The notes: generated by a model not told the origin, from the sequence alone. Positions 1 through 12,032 are shown, counted from the stretch's first letter. The stretch is 64,000 nt of DNA from Salisapilia sapeloensis CBS 127946 (GCA_023334545.1 JAADVB010000083.1:1-64000), one strand, 5' to 3'. Numbers and translations are program-made.

Positions 1-239
1 ACAAGGGATTGCAACTCGGCATCCGAGATCTCTCGCTCGTCAATGAACAAACGCATGACTTTAGCTGCTAACTCTTGATACGACAGCTTGGCCCACTCTT
101 CGAGTGCATTGGCCGGGAGCTTTGGAAACTCATTTTCTTCCGGAACAAATAGACCTCTGTCGGAAGCCAAGCCGGAGAGCACAGCTTCTTCAAAGGTGAG
201 GCCACGGTCGGCGCCACGAGTGCTTCGGTACAGGACCAT
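1..239 (-). CDS. thrC: Threonine synthase, N-terminal part (gene continues off the left edge)
   Basis: Manual translation from ATG at 239: MVLYRSTRGADRGLTFEEAVLSGLASDRGLFVPEENEFPKLP..., matching the 'Y.STRG...F.EAV..GLA.DGGL.VP' N-terminus of fungal/proteobacterial-type threonine synthases. Not in the ORF track because it is truncated by the window. Confidence 0.92.
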   Translation of the reverse strand, partial: MVLYRSTRGADRGLTFEEAVLSGLASDRGLFVPEENEFPKLPANALEEWAKLSYQELAAKVMRLFIDEREISDAELQSL

Positions 240-309
240 CAGTTATCGAAATGCTGGATGAGGTTTTATTTGTGGTCGATGCCGGGATCGCGCAAACATG
301 GATAGTGGA

Positions 310-330
310 AAGGTCGCACGAAGGTCGCAC
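310..330. promoter_or_regulatory. Direct repeat AAGGTCGCAC x2 (11-nt period) in the thrC/ARP1 divergent intergenic region
   Basis: Exact 10-mer at 310-319 and 321-330, within the 123-bp gap between divergent start codons. A regulatory role is inference only. Confidence 0.3.
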
Positions 331-362
331 AGGACACAATCATATCCAGATCGAGCAGCCGG

Positions 363-1696
363 ATGAGCGGGCGTGATGTGCTTGGGAACCAGCCTCTGGT
401 GATAGATAATGGTAGTGGTGTGATTAAGGCTGGATTTGCAGGAGGGGATGTCCCTCAAGTCGAGTTCCCGTCCTTTGTCGGATCGATAAAACACACACGG
501 ATCATGCCCGGTGGTGCGTACGAAGGTGCAGACGAGTTCGTCGGGAACCGCGTACAGCACCATCGTGGTCTCTTTCGCATCCGATATGCGATGGAGCATG
601 GCGTCGTCACGGATTGGAATGCCATGCACCGTATTTGGAGCCACATTTACTCGAAAGATCAGCTACACATTAACTCGGAAGAGCATCCAGTACGTCCATT
701 TCGATTGTATCATTGCAGCAGTACAGGTAGATGACATAGTATACGTAGGTTCTATTGACAGAAGCACCGTTGAACCCAGTGCAGAACCGGCAGCGAGCTG
801 GTGAAATATTTTTTGAAGCGTTTAACGTACCTTCGCTCTTCGTCTCGCCACAGGCTGTGCTTAGTCTATATGCATCCGGTCGAACGACTGGTGTCGTACT
901 AGATGTCGGTGATGGCGTCACCCACGTCGTGCCTGTCTACGAAAGTTTCACTCTCCCTCATGCCATCACTCGAATGGACATTGCCGGACGAGACGTGACG
1001 ACACAATTGCAACTCCTTCTTCGACGGTCAGGTCACACATTGTCTTCGTCGGCGGAGAAGGAGATCGTACGAGAGATTAAAGAGAAACTTTGTTACGTTG
1101 CGTTAAATCCACAGAAAGAAGAACAGATTGAAGCAGAGAGAGCTGTCATCAGCTCTACCTCGACAAATCATGACATTCTCAACGCACCTCTGTCGACACC
1201 ACAAGAGCCATCCAATACGGACGGCACTTCTACCTACTACTTACCTGACGGAACACTTCTTCGCGTACATATGACTACATCCTGTGGTATTATATCGTCT
1301 AATATGTTCTTATAGATGGGACCAGAGAAATTCCGTGCCCCGGAAGTCCTCTTCCGACCGGATCTCATCGGATCCGATGAAGGTGGTGTGCAAGATGCTC
1401 TCGTTCAGAGCGTCATGAAGTCGGATATGGATCTACGACGTACACTATTTAGTCAAATCGTTTTATCTGGAGGCTCGACGCTCTTCCCAGGCTTTGGCGA
1501 TCGACTGCTGAGTGAAGTTCGAAAGAAAGCACCCAAGGACATTAAGATTCGTATTTCTGCACCTCCCAACCGACGTCATTCGACGTGGGTCGGTGGGTCC
1601 ATCCTCGCTTCCCTCGCTACATTCAAGAACATGTGGATTACGAAAGCCGAGTACGAAGAACATGGACCGTCGATCTTACATCGACGAGGTCTTTAG
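363..1696 (+). CDS. ACTR1: Actin-related protein 1 (centractin, dynactin filament subunit); 3 exons
   Basis: N-terminus [19 protein letters not shown] is typical of ARP1. Exons 363-689, 749-1264 and 1316-1696 are joined by GT-AG introns 690-748 (59 nt) and 1265-1315 (51 nt), restoring EEHP|[10 protein letters not shown] and LPDGTLLR|[10 protein letters not shown]. Actin motifs [20 protein letters not shown] and [10 protein letters not shown] are present. Confidence 0.95.
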
Positions 1697-1721
1697 GCAT
1701 AAGACAACAATGTTGGTGAAA

Positions 1722-3179
1722 TTAAACAAACGTATTCGAGCGGTTACGACGTTGGAAAGAGTAGGATAGACCCCACGTAGCTACTGCCCACAGTAACCAT
1801 ACGACAGCAAAGAGTAGCAAGTCTCGGAGACCGTCATGGTCTTTGGAGCACGATGGATCGAGCACTGGTTGGCCATGGATGATGATCGTGCCGCAATGTG
1901 GAGCCCAGTGGTCTTTCAGCCATCCGAGGACAAGTGGCGATGGGACGTCCCCGAAGACATGGATGAGGAGCGTGTTGGCAGCAATAGCCATCGGACGTAG
2001 ACGAGGAGGAAAGAGTTCCATGACAGCGATGCTTTCGGCTGGAGCAGTTGCACATAGACAGAAGAAGCAACCGGCTAAGACTGTCATGAAAGCAGTGCGA
2101 TGGTAGGAGAGCGTAACCATGAAAAGTCCAAGGATCTCTGCAGCTGTGATGAGAGTGATCAACGTCGTGACAGCTAGGTAACAGCGTCGTCTAGAGAATA
2201 GAGGCGAGGTAGTATCTGTCGTTCCTTCTCGTTGCACCATCTTATCGACTACGATACCTCCTATAGGCGTTCCAATCGTACCTGTGATGACGATTAACAA
2301 GCCAAAGACTGTAGCTACTTGAGTTTCACTGTCAAAGAAACCGAGACCGATGAAAATGACAGGACTAAAGGTACTGAGAGATGCAAGGGAGAATGTATAA
2401 GCAGCGTACCCTGCAACGATCAGGACAAAATGGAAATTGCCAAAGATGGACAGCCACGGGTTTTCTGTCTCCGCTTCATCGACGGATGCTTTGAACTCAA
2501 TGTCACTACCATCCACTTTGTCGATGGACATTGGGATCGTTGCAATGCATAAAGATACGAGACATAGCATGAGGATCGCTTCGAGATAGAATGCAAACTG
2601 CCATCCAAGTGTTGAGGATGCGAAGAGAGCTCCATAGATGTATCCTGTCGCAGTTCCCACGGTGATAGAAGCGAGGAAAACTCCAAGATACATAGCACGA
2701 CGGCCTTTTGGGGCATGCAGATCAATAAATGGCGTGGCGACACATTGGAACGAGGCTTCCCCGACACCACTGAGAATGCGGCCGAATAGTAAGACCCAGT
2801 AGCTATCTGCTTGACGAGCAATGCCGCAGATAATGACCGCGAGCATCCATATCGACATGCCACCAGCGATCAGACGGAACGGTCTAACAGACAACGCAAG
2901 GAATCCAAAGAGCAGACTGCACACACAGTAACTAGCAATAAATGCAGAGGCGAGGAGGCCGAGGTAAAAGGACTGTTCTGTCGGTGGTACATGCAGCGTC
3001 GAGCTAATAAAGCTCTGGAACTGCTGCGGAGCCCCTGGGATGATCCCCCGATCGACATAATTCAACAAATTGATGGTACATAATAGTACAATAGCTCCTT
3101 GACTCGATAATGTACATGCAGCAGACTTGCGTTTAACTGTCGGCAGTAAAGGAGATGCGAGTTCCCGTTCATCTTCCAT
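1722..3179 (-). CDS. SPNS: Spinster-like MFS transporter (485 aa, intronless)
   Basis: About 12 hydrophobic segments; INLLNYVDRGII, GRILSGVGEASF..VATPFID and IHVFGDVPSP are Spinster-family motifs. Confidence 0.85.
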   Translation of the reverse strand: MEDERELASPLLPTVKRKSAACTLSSQGAIVLLCTINLLNYVDRGIIPGAPQQFQSFISSTLHVPPTEQSFYLGLLASAFIASYCVCSLLFGFLALSVRPFRLIAGGMSIWMLAVIICGIARQADSYWVLLFGRILSGVGEASFQCVATPFIDLHAPKGRRAMYLGVFLASITVGTATGYIYGALFASSTLGWQFAFYLEAILMLCLVSLCIATIPMSIDKVDGSDIEFKASVDEAETENPWLSIFGNFHFVLIVAGYAAYTFSLASLSTFSPVIFIGLGFFDSETQVATVFGLLIVITGTIGTPIGGIVVDKMVQREGTTDTTSPLFSRRRCYLAVTTLITLITAAEILGLFMVTLSYHRTAFMTVLAGCFFCLCATAPAESIAVMELFPPRLRPMAIAANTLLIHVFGDVPSPLVLGWLKDHWAPHCGTIIIHGQPVLDPSCSKDHDGLRDLLLFAVVWLLWAVATWGLSYSFQRRNRSNTFV

Positions 3180-3405
3180 CTTCTCGTCCGATCAAATTCG
3201 CTTCGATCGACTAGCTTCAAAAACCGATATGATGTATACACACTTCAAGTCAGAAGATTGACATGACAAGGAATGGATTAGGAAGTCGATTTCTATCATG
3301 CAACCATGACAAAGATGATATTAGACGGCAAAAATCACTTTGGTATTGACGTTATGCCTTATACGAGACGACTATTCCACTTTCGTCTGGAAGATTTTGT
3401 CGCAT

Positions 3406-3665
3406 TTAGTAGTACGGGCCGAAAGGTGGGCGGTCCCAGTAGGGAGAGTAGTAGGGGCGGTAGTATGGATATCCACCATAGAAGAACTCTTGATTGTCTT
3501 TTGTACAAAGTGTGTCAGGGCAAGCGATAGCATGAGTAGTGTAGAGAGTACGATACCTTCGTTTTGTGCGTTCTCTTGCAGCATGTTGTTCGCGTCTTCG
3601 TCTGCAATGACAGGCGATGCAATGTACAAGAGCGCGATAAGAGCGAAGATGGATGAAGTCTTCAT
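3406..3665 (-). CDS. Small secreted Tyr/Pro/Gly-rich peptide precursor (66 aa, 2 exons)
   Basis: Exon 3557-3665, GT-AG intron 3498-3556 (59 nt) and exon 3406-3497 join in frame: MKTSSIFALIALLYIASPVIA-DEDANNMLQENAQNEDNQE-FFYGGYPYYRPYYSPYWDRPPFGPYY*. Clear signal-peptide-like N-terminus. Caveat: the first-exon frame is open upstream to about 3995. Confidence 0.72.
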
Positions 3666-4365
3666 GCTGTTCAGGCAGTTTTTTGGAGTTTGGAGGTTGT
3701 TCTTGGACTGTAGAAGGCGAAAAGCCAAGTGAGCTATCGTTGGACTCTGGCAACTGAAAGCAGCGGTCATCTTCATCCCAATCTTTCGGCAACCGTCAGC
3801 GGATGCATCTAGACATAAAAGTTTCTTTGCGACTCCATCAATCCACTTCTTGAGCTTTTGTGGTAAGTTCGGTCGGCAGGTACATGTCAATCGCTTAGCA
3901 GACTTTTCGTACACGAATGCATCACGCAGGAAGCTTGTCAAGTATTGGATCACTGCAAATTTCTGCATTATATGATAGATAATGATCCCATTCACAGATA
4001 GATCATGATTGAAGCCTCTCGTGCGAGTATGTAAATTCAGTTGTCAAAAATAAGTTCATGGTAACCTAGGAATACAATGTATCTTCCGATATCAATGCCT
4101 CTTCCAAATACTATAGACCATTTATTTAGTGTCCTACAACCAAACTGTCGCCTCGAAATGCATTCCAGTACTCGCATTGATGTTTTGATGCGCATATACA
4201 TTTCGCGCGGTACATATGCATTGCCATATTCATTCATATGTTCGGCATGGTATAGATTGATATTTGCTTTTTGATGAGATGTTTGTAGATTAAACTGGGG
4301 ACTAGGCTTTCTGTTGTTGCGTGAAATCCACGACAAGTATGCTAATGTACAAAATAGATTAAGGT

Positions 4366-5302
4366 TTACGGTGAAGTTGAATGAGACTGTAATATATCCG
4401 TCTGTGATACATTGTCAGCGAAGTGTAGACCCAAGCGACGTCTCAATAGCTCTAATATGTTTGTACTTGCGAGGACGTATTCCATAGCTGTTTTCCCTTG
4501 GAAGTTTTTTCGTTTCCACATTGACGCTAACAGTGCTTGTCTCGAGTCTAGAAGCTCCAATGCCATACACAGCAATGTGGTTCCGTGCTGTCGCCTAGCA
4601 GCCCAGTGAAAAGCTGTATCTCCCTAGTTTCCGGATAAGCAAAATAAAATGTCAGATACTTTGGCTGAGTACAGTGTTCATACATGGCTGTCGGTATGTA
4701 TAACTGATGCCCCACATCGAAGGAGTAGGGCACAAACTGTCCCATGGCCAGCGCGTGCTGCTTCGATCAACGGTGTCGTTCGGCTTGCGCTGGTATCGAC
4801 GACATCCACACTGGATCCAAGTGTAATAAGGAATGCCACAGTATGCTGCTGTCCACACCTATGAGAGAAGGGTCGAAGACATCCGATAGTATGATTAAGT
4901 AGATGTACGTGCATGAGCATACAGCTTTATGGATACCACGAAGCTGTATGAAGTAGAGTTCGTCTGCCATCCAAAGGACGAGGGCTCCTCCTATTTATGA
5001 GCTCTTCAACACCTTCGATGAGTAGAAACTTGTACAGCATATCTAAATTGTTCTGCTCAATAGCTGTCCAAGCTGTGCCTTCGTACTGCATCACATCTCT
5101 TCTCATATCTCCACGCGTTCCTTTCCCGTCGTCACTTGTACTTAGAGAGGCTTCTTTCAGTTGATTCCATTTATCCAATTCGTTTCCGTCAACTACTTGA
5201 AGCGCTTCCTATTTCCCATGTCAAGAAATTTCCAAGATTCGAGTAGGAATAACTGCCGTACATTGAGTACAACATTGATATCAGGCTTACTTGGTGCAGC
5301 AT
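4366..5302 (-). CDS. Ankyrin-repeat protein, multi-exon (boundaries approximate)
   Basis: Ankyrin-like segments on successive exons: GRRTLLHTASWY, HTVAFLITLG..VD, RTTPLIEAARAGHGTVCALLLRCGA, KNFQGKTAMEY. A probable first mini-exon MLHQ at 5302 is followed by a GTAAGC donor. The 3' end is uncertain. Confidence 0.75.
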
Positions 5303-5557
5303 TGTGACTTCTTCTTCTTTCCTCTCGCTTTGCTCTTAGTACAGACATCTCCAATACACTTAAGCTAACTATCCTATTGAGACTAGAACCAATGCGTTCG
5401 TTTCTTGACCCCTGCGTGAGGGTTACATTCGCTACAATCTAATTCGGGATCGCAGACGTGTAGTTCAATTCTAAATATCCTCTAGTCTGATCATGGTGGC
5501 TAGAAGTAAAGTGAGATCTTCGCAGTATAATTGAGGGCAAACGTAGTTGGAATTAAA

Positions 5558-7320
5558 ATGGCAGTCAATGACAAGCATCGAGTTCGAGCTCTATTAGACG
5601 AAAGCAATGCGAGAGTTAAACTAGTTCGAATGGGGAAAGCACTGTCGACAGTCCTATCCGCAATTGATACAAGTGATGACGCTTCTAAGCAACACGATCA
5701 ATACTCTTCTGGCCCTCACTACAGCTCCTATCAAGATTATGTCGATAGCAAGGTTTCACGAGTAAACGGTCTCCATCAAGGTTCCCGACGCAGGGCACTC
5801 TCCCATGCAGAGCTTCCTGCATTGAAGAATTTACTTCCACCCGATCCAGAGCCAAACGATGAGAGCACAAGAACAAAATTAATAAGAGCTGTAAATAAGG
5901 CCATTCAGCTTCGTAGACTAAAGATGGAGCTGCCTCATGTCAAGCCTGCCATGTTGTGGCCAAAGAATGGACACCTAGCCTATGAGGAGCTGATGAAGTC
6001 AGAACGATGTGCACGCCAGGGTCGAACATGTACAAATACGACAACACCAATGATTGATGAAGCAATGGCGAACAAACACACTAAAGTACCACTACGCTAT
6101 GGCGACATGGTCTGCTTCATTTCAATGAGCAGTCAATTACCGCTTGCAATGAAGTCGATTGATCGAGCTTACTTTTCTAAAGACAACGTTACAAGTCCTT
6201 CCATGGCCTTTTCTATTGTAAGCGCTTCGTGTATGAATAGATCTTTTCAACAGACTACTAAGGTTTTATTTGTCTACAGGTAGACTTTCGAAACCCAAGC
6301 CGAATAGGTCCAGTCCGATTTTCAGAGTCATTTTGGATCCGACTTCATCCAGATTGTGCCATTGGGAATAGGAAGAGCAAATCTCGTGGTCAATTGACAG
6401 AGACACAATACTACCTTGGCGCACCGGGCTCACTCAACATTGAAGAAGGTGTAAAAGTCACTATTCCGTCAGGAAGGCATCGAGGCAGTCATGTAAAACG
6501 AATGAAGTCAAAAAGTCGCGGGAGCAAACGAAGGCCGATCTCTCGAGCAATTTCTATGGCGTTTAAACTTGTTGCGATGAAAGCAAATGTTCCTCGATCA
6601 GATATGTACGGCGATGACGCAGCTACTCGGGCGTTTACAATCGAGTCCAATGAATCAGTATCTCGTCTGGCAAAGTGGAACTTTATCCCGGTTCAAGTGC
6701 CTGCTTCTCTCTCATCGAAAATGGTATCTGCAATAGACCCGGAGGATATCGTATACGACGAGGGTGAAGACTTATTACTTAATTGTGAAATTATTCGACT
6801 CCGGATGCACAACTACTTTTTAGAAGTTGATGATACTTGTAAACGAGTTGTTGTCCGTGAATGTAAAAGCACACGAGGTGGCTCCGAACCAGATAAACAC
6901 AATGTTCCTGTTGAATCGCTTTGGCAAGTACGGCTACTTCGACATGAGCCGTCTACTTTCGGTAGCAACTTGGTTATGGAAGAAGAGGTCATTCAAGAAG
7001 CAAAGTGGTTTCGACACCAACGAGACAAGCTACGACAGATTCAAGCCAGCATAGAAGAAAAAGGTTCAACGCTCCAGGACGTCAAGCATTCGAATGAGAA
7101 AGTATGGAAGCAAAGTAATGGTACATTCGCCCAGCTCGAGCGTGCTAAGCTCGAAAAGTTGCAAACCTACGTCGGTGTCCATCCCACGCAACAAAGACCG
7201 ATTCACCCAAGCTGCGACAAACTTCATCTTCCCAGAATACCTAAAGATGGTCAAGGCACGACTTGCAAGTATAGACGCAACACGAGTAACAAAGACAAAG
7301 GTAGACTTGGTAGGAGATAA
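5558..7320 (+). CDS. Hypothetical protein with an intron near 6220-6279
   Basis: Two long ORFs (5531-6283 and 6280-7320) can be joined across a GTAAGC...ACAG intron to give AFSI|VDFRNPSRIGPVRF. No family recognised with confidence. Confidence 0.65.
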
Positions 7321-7436
7321 GCGGAATATATCAAGCACTTGAAGAAAAGTATAGAACGACATCTGGAGAGTGTCCAGATGTCCACGTGCGGTATGCAAAA
7401 TGGATCAAAGTCTCACTTTGGCATTTACTAGTAAAG

Positions 7437-8768
7437 ATGAATCTACCAGGACAACGCTGCGTTGGATGTGCCATCCTTCTTCTCACATGCATCTATCTCT
7501 CTACCGTCGAACTTGCTTCGCTACCGTCGGACGAATATGTGTATCAAGTACGAGCGCTTGATGCCAAAAACTGTTCTTGCGATGACGATAAGCTCTGCCT
7601 TCCTATCGCAATGACCCATCGGAACGAAAGTCAGCGGCAGGAAGTATTTGCTTTCTCCGTGACTGACAACGATCAGTGGAAGCAATACGACTGGGACCAG
7701 GTACCACGTACAAATTCTTTGACTGTAGCATGCACTCACATCCATGCAGTTGACGACAGTAGCGTGGAATGAGGACCCTGAACTGCTTTGCCATGCCCAC
7801 AGTCGTGGTGTCAAAGTCGTGATATTGCACAACTTTAATAACGCGAGCCAAGTATGTGACCCCGCGAGTCGACGCGAATGGATCCTAGACACCAAGCAGC
7901 GGATCCTTGACACCCATACGGATGGTGTCAACATCGATACGGAGACTGCAATGAAAGGACAAGATGCCGAGTGTCTCGCGACTCTCGTTCGAGAACTACG
8001 TGCTGAACTTGAAAACCATGAACTCACAGCGAAAGCGCAGATCACGTTTGACGTGCCGTGGGCTCCTCGTGGTGTCGATGACCGATACTATCGATGGCAG
8101 GAGCTAGCCAACGCATCCGACTTCCTCTTTGTCATGAGTGTACGTTATGAAGTATAAGGGAGAATGCAGTGTCCTCATCGTCAGAATAGTACGACATGCG
8201 GAGTCAGATCTACTACCAATGCATCGCAGCTGCTAACTCGCCACTCGCACTTGTGAAACAAGGGCTGGAAGAGTACATCTACGGAAACTTTGTCGACCCA
8301 TCCAAGCTAGTGGTCGGACTCCCATGGTACGGATACAAGTACAACTGTACCTCGTACAGCAGCGTGAATGAGATTTGCACCATCCAACAAGTACGTCCTG
8401 TAGTTTTTATCATTCTACATTATGCCGAATGAATATGAGAATAGGAAGAGTTCCATGGAGCACCATGTAGTGATGCTGCTGGCGATCAAATTGTCTACAG
8501 CACGATCCAAGAGATCATCCGTGATCAAGACATCGACGTCAAGTGGGATAACTTGACCAAGTCTCCGTATTTTGCTTACGAAGATGACGATGAACAAACA
8601 TACCAGCTCTTCTTTGACAACCCCGAGAGTTTATCGATCAAGTATGCACTCGCGAAAGACTTGGGTCTACGTGGTGTCGGTATGTGGAACGCAGATTTAG
8701 TGGATTACACGGGAGCATACGTCAACGAAACCAAAGCCATGTGGGACTCAATGAAGCAAGGAGCCTAG
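7437..8768 (+). CDS. CTBS: Di-N-acetylchitobiase (GH18), secreted/lysosomal, multi-exon
   Basis: Signal-peptide-like MNLPGQRCVGCAILLLTCIYLS; QWKQYDWDQ|LTTVAW, LLCHAHSRGVKVV; catalytic DGVNIDTE (7921-7944); DFLFVMS, KLVVGLPWYGYKYNC and C-terminal LRGVGMWNAD, all matching CTBS-type GH18. Confidence 0.9.
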
Positions 8769-8795
8769 CCTAATCATCTCAAACATGTATTCTTG

Positions 8796-11700
8796 CTAAA
8801 GCGGAGACGCATTCACTTCTTCCGTCCGTTCGGTACTGTCACGTAGCATCAGTTGATACTTGGTCACCACGCGTTGTAGCGATCGGTTCTTTGCCATGAT
8901 CGGTAGCACTTGATTCGTTAGTAGCTCTCGCTTCGACATACCCTGTACATCGCATCAGCACATACTTCGTATACATCTACAACACGTCTCGTTACCAATA
9001 TCGATGGATCCCACACTTCACTATCGGATGTGGTGTGGAATGGACCCATGAGCTCTGCGCAAAGTTCTTCCAATCGACTCACGTCTTCATCTTGCGCTAA
9101 GAAGCGAGCATACGCTTGTATCCTACCTCCAGTTATCAGTACAAAGCCTACAGCATCATCTATTTGTACCTACCAGTACCGATACTCCTTGGCACTACGA
9201 AGCACTCTAGCAGACGCCACCTGGTGCTCCAAGTGACTACGAGTAATGTTCCGCTGCAGTAAAGAGTCATGGATGCCAGACAACATCGCCGACGATACGC
9301 CTCGATGTGTACGACTGTACCCTGCAGCATTCTGTAGTCGACGCAACGGACCGATAGGAATGCTATTCACACTCACAGCATCCGTCGGTAGACTCGAGGC
9401 AAAGTCGGAAAAGACAAAGCTGTCGTCAGCTGCACGCATCCATACCTGCATGTCTTTATCAAAGAGGAAGGACTGCATGCTAGACGACCCTTTGCCGTCC
9501 TTACTCGACACGACGAACGTGATGAGAGGCATCCCGTCCGACGTCAAGTTGCATCGAAGGAGTGTCAGTCGCTTCATTGCACTATCCTCGAGACTCGTGA
9601 CGGACTCTATCGACTCGGACAACGTCTGCTTTCCAGCACAAACGTTCCATATCCGTAGCTTACCATCCGACAAGAGGACGAGTAAGTATGGAGACAGCTT
9701 TGGATTGCATTCGAGTACAGAAGGTGCACTTCCGAGAGAGATACAAGGAAAGAGTCGACGACCGGACGCAGACAAGAGGTACAAGTCTCCGCTACTCGTA
9801 GCAAAAGCACAGAAGCGAGCGTTGCCGACAGCACAGCTAATGCGTCCAGGCACTCTATCCATCCACTTGATTTGCGTCGTGGAGCGACATGTAATGGTTG
9901 AAAAGACAGGACCATGCTCTTCCACCATCTCGTCATTCACTTCAATGTTATGCACATTCACTTCCACTTGACACTTGCTACTTTCCTCTGACGGATGGAG
10001 ACGAGGCTCATCAGTCGCCACATCCATATCAATCGTAAAGCTAAGACGAATAGGAAACTCTGGGAGAATGCGAGTCTGCGTACTGGAACTAGTGCCAGTC
10101 GAAAGCTTCTTTGGCGGACGAGACGCCACTTCTCTCGACTTGGATGCTGGTGTCGTCTGCTTCTCTTCTCTCTTTCGCTTCAAGGAAGAATCAGTCTTCG
10201 CTTTTGTCTTGGCTTTTGTAACTATCGTCTTCGTGCTAGTGGATGGTTCAGAGGTACCTGCCATGCGATTCTCCATGACAGTCGTATCAGACGGCACGTC
10301 TCCATTCGGAGTGGTAGAAGAGGTTACTGTCACTGGTGCAATCTTCTTCTTATCGCTCTTTTTCACCGTTAGAACATTCACATCTTTCGTCTCCTTCTTT
10401 TTTCTCGGCACAAGCGTATTCATCGTCGATGAAGGCGTTTCGACTGCTGGTGCTGATGTCGTCACTTTCGTCTCTGGCTTAGACGCTTGTTCCATCTCCA
10501 ACTGGATCGGATTCTCTGCTAATTCCGAAGCTAGTGTCACACCTGCTCTCGATCCGTACTTGGCCTGAAGTAGTTTACTCTGCTCTGTAGATGACAACGG
10601 ACTTCCGATCTCATTCGAGGTGAATTGGAAGCAGCAGATGGAGCCGTCGAGAGATGATGCTAGGAGGATCGAATCGTCTCCTGCCCACGTGAGGTCCGTG
10701 ACACAGGCATCAAAGCAGTCTTTCACGACAGCTAAAGGCCTAGCGAGGTGAGCTAACCAGATACTCACGGCTGCATCTTCTCCTCCAACTGCACAACAAG
10801 CGAATTCTTTTTCCGGTGCTGCTTTCGACGATAGCAATTTAGGATTAAATCGAGTGCATGTCACGACACTCTGATGTCCGACAAACTTGACGTCGTTCGT
10901 CCATGTACCTCGATCCAGCAACGCTGCAATGTTCTTCTTTGACTTGAACGCATGGGTAGCACATAGGACAGAGCCGTCTGGAGACCAGGATAGACGACGG
11001 AAGTGAGACGTCGCAGCACACGACTCGAATGGTTCTGATATCGATGTGCTTTCCTACAGCCGTGTTAGACGTGAATATAGAGGAAGAAGGATGCATATTA
11101 CCTTCCAGTTGTCCACCTGCCACATCCGAACGGTCTTGTCTTCACCTGCACTAGAGAGATACTATAACTTTTATTAGATTAGACCGTATGCAGACGGATA
11201 AAAGGGGATACTTTGCCAACGGGATCCCACGCAACTCCCTTCACCCATCCACTGTGGCCGGTGAGAACTTGTAGAGGCTGTGTCATGCTTGGCTTTATAC
11301 TGGCACTATCGACTGCCCAGATGACGATAGAATTGTCAATACTGCAGCTAGCAAGCATTCGATCGTCGGGAGACCAAGCAACGTCTTGAACGTCTATTGC
11401 ATCGTTAGTAGGCTGCCTATAAGGGATAAAGGTCGGTCGTACCCATGGTATGGCGCTTGAGACTTGCACATCTAGTCCAGTTTTCTTTATTCGGCTTCGC
11501 TGTTGATCCGAATGGAACGGGTGGAGGTGCACCGCTCTGGAGTTCGTATAGGAAGACGAATTGATCGTCCGATCCGGACGCAAGGTACCTATTTTATTGA
11601 TAGAGTACATTTATACATTGTCAAGCTTTGTAGATGTGTGTAAAAGATACCTTCCATGCCCAGCCCATCGAACGCAGTTGACTGCTTGCTGGTGGAAAGA

Positions 11701-12032
11701 TAAAGTCGCGATTAATTCAAACGACATGGAGCTGTCGTCCTCCTTTACGTCTACTTCCAGCGACCAAATTTTAACACAATTATCTACATCCATCCCATTC
11801 GTATAAGCCACTTGGTATGATCCTCTATGTGTTGTGTGAAAGACTTTATTGCACCTCCGCCTGCCGTCGCGAAGACCCGTTTGGTCGGATGGGCATCAAT
11901 CCCGTAGATAGCACAGGCTACAGAGCATGAAAATAGACATGAGCATCATCAATTACACTGCGCATTCATGTGTAGCTTACCAGTGCCGGATGAGTTGGCA
12001 TGCTGCACTTCCTCCGGTTTCTCGAGCAACAT
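8796..12032 (-). CDS. HIRA: HIRA histone H3.3 chaperone (WD40 + Hira C-terminal domain), multi-exon
   Basis: MLLEKPEEVQH..|CAIYGIDAHPTKRVFATAGG, HQQAVNCVRWAGHGRYL, DVQDVAWSPDDRMLASCSIDN, GHSGWVKGVAWDPVGK, HFRRLSWSPDGSVL, TRSHLEHQVASARVLRSAKEYRYW; final exon LLTNQVLPIMAKNRSLQRVV..*, stop at 8796-8798. Confidence 0.93.

Noticed and set aside
3250-3299. Possible box C/D snoRNA on the minus strand (ATGATAG...CTGA)
   Set aside because: Box C is imperfect, the span is only about 50 nt, there is no terminal stem, and I saw only a short partial match to rRNA.
9246-10568. Plus-strand ORFs (241 and 197 aa) opposite HIRA
   Set aside because: Antisense shadows of the HIRA coding exon.
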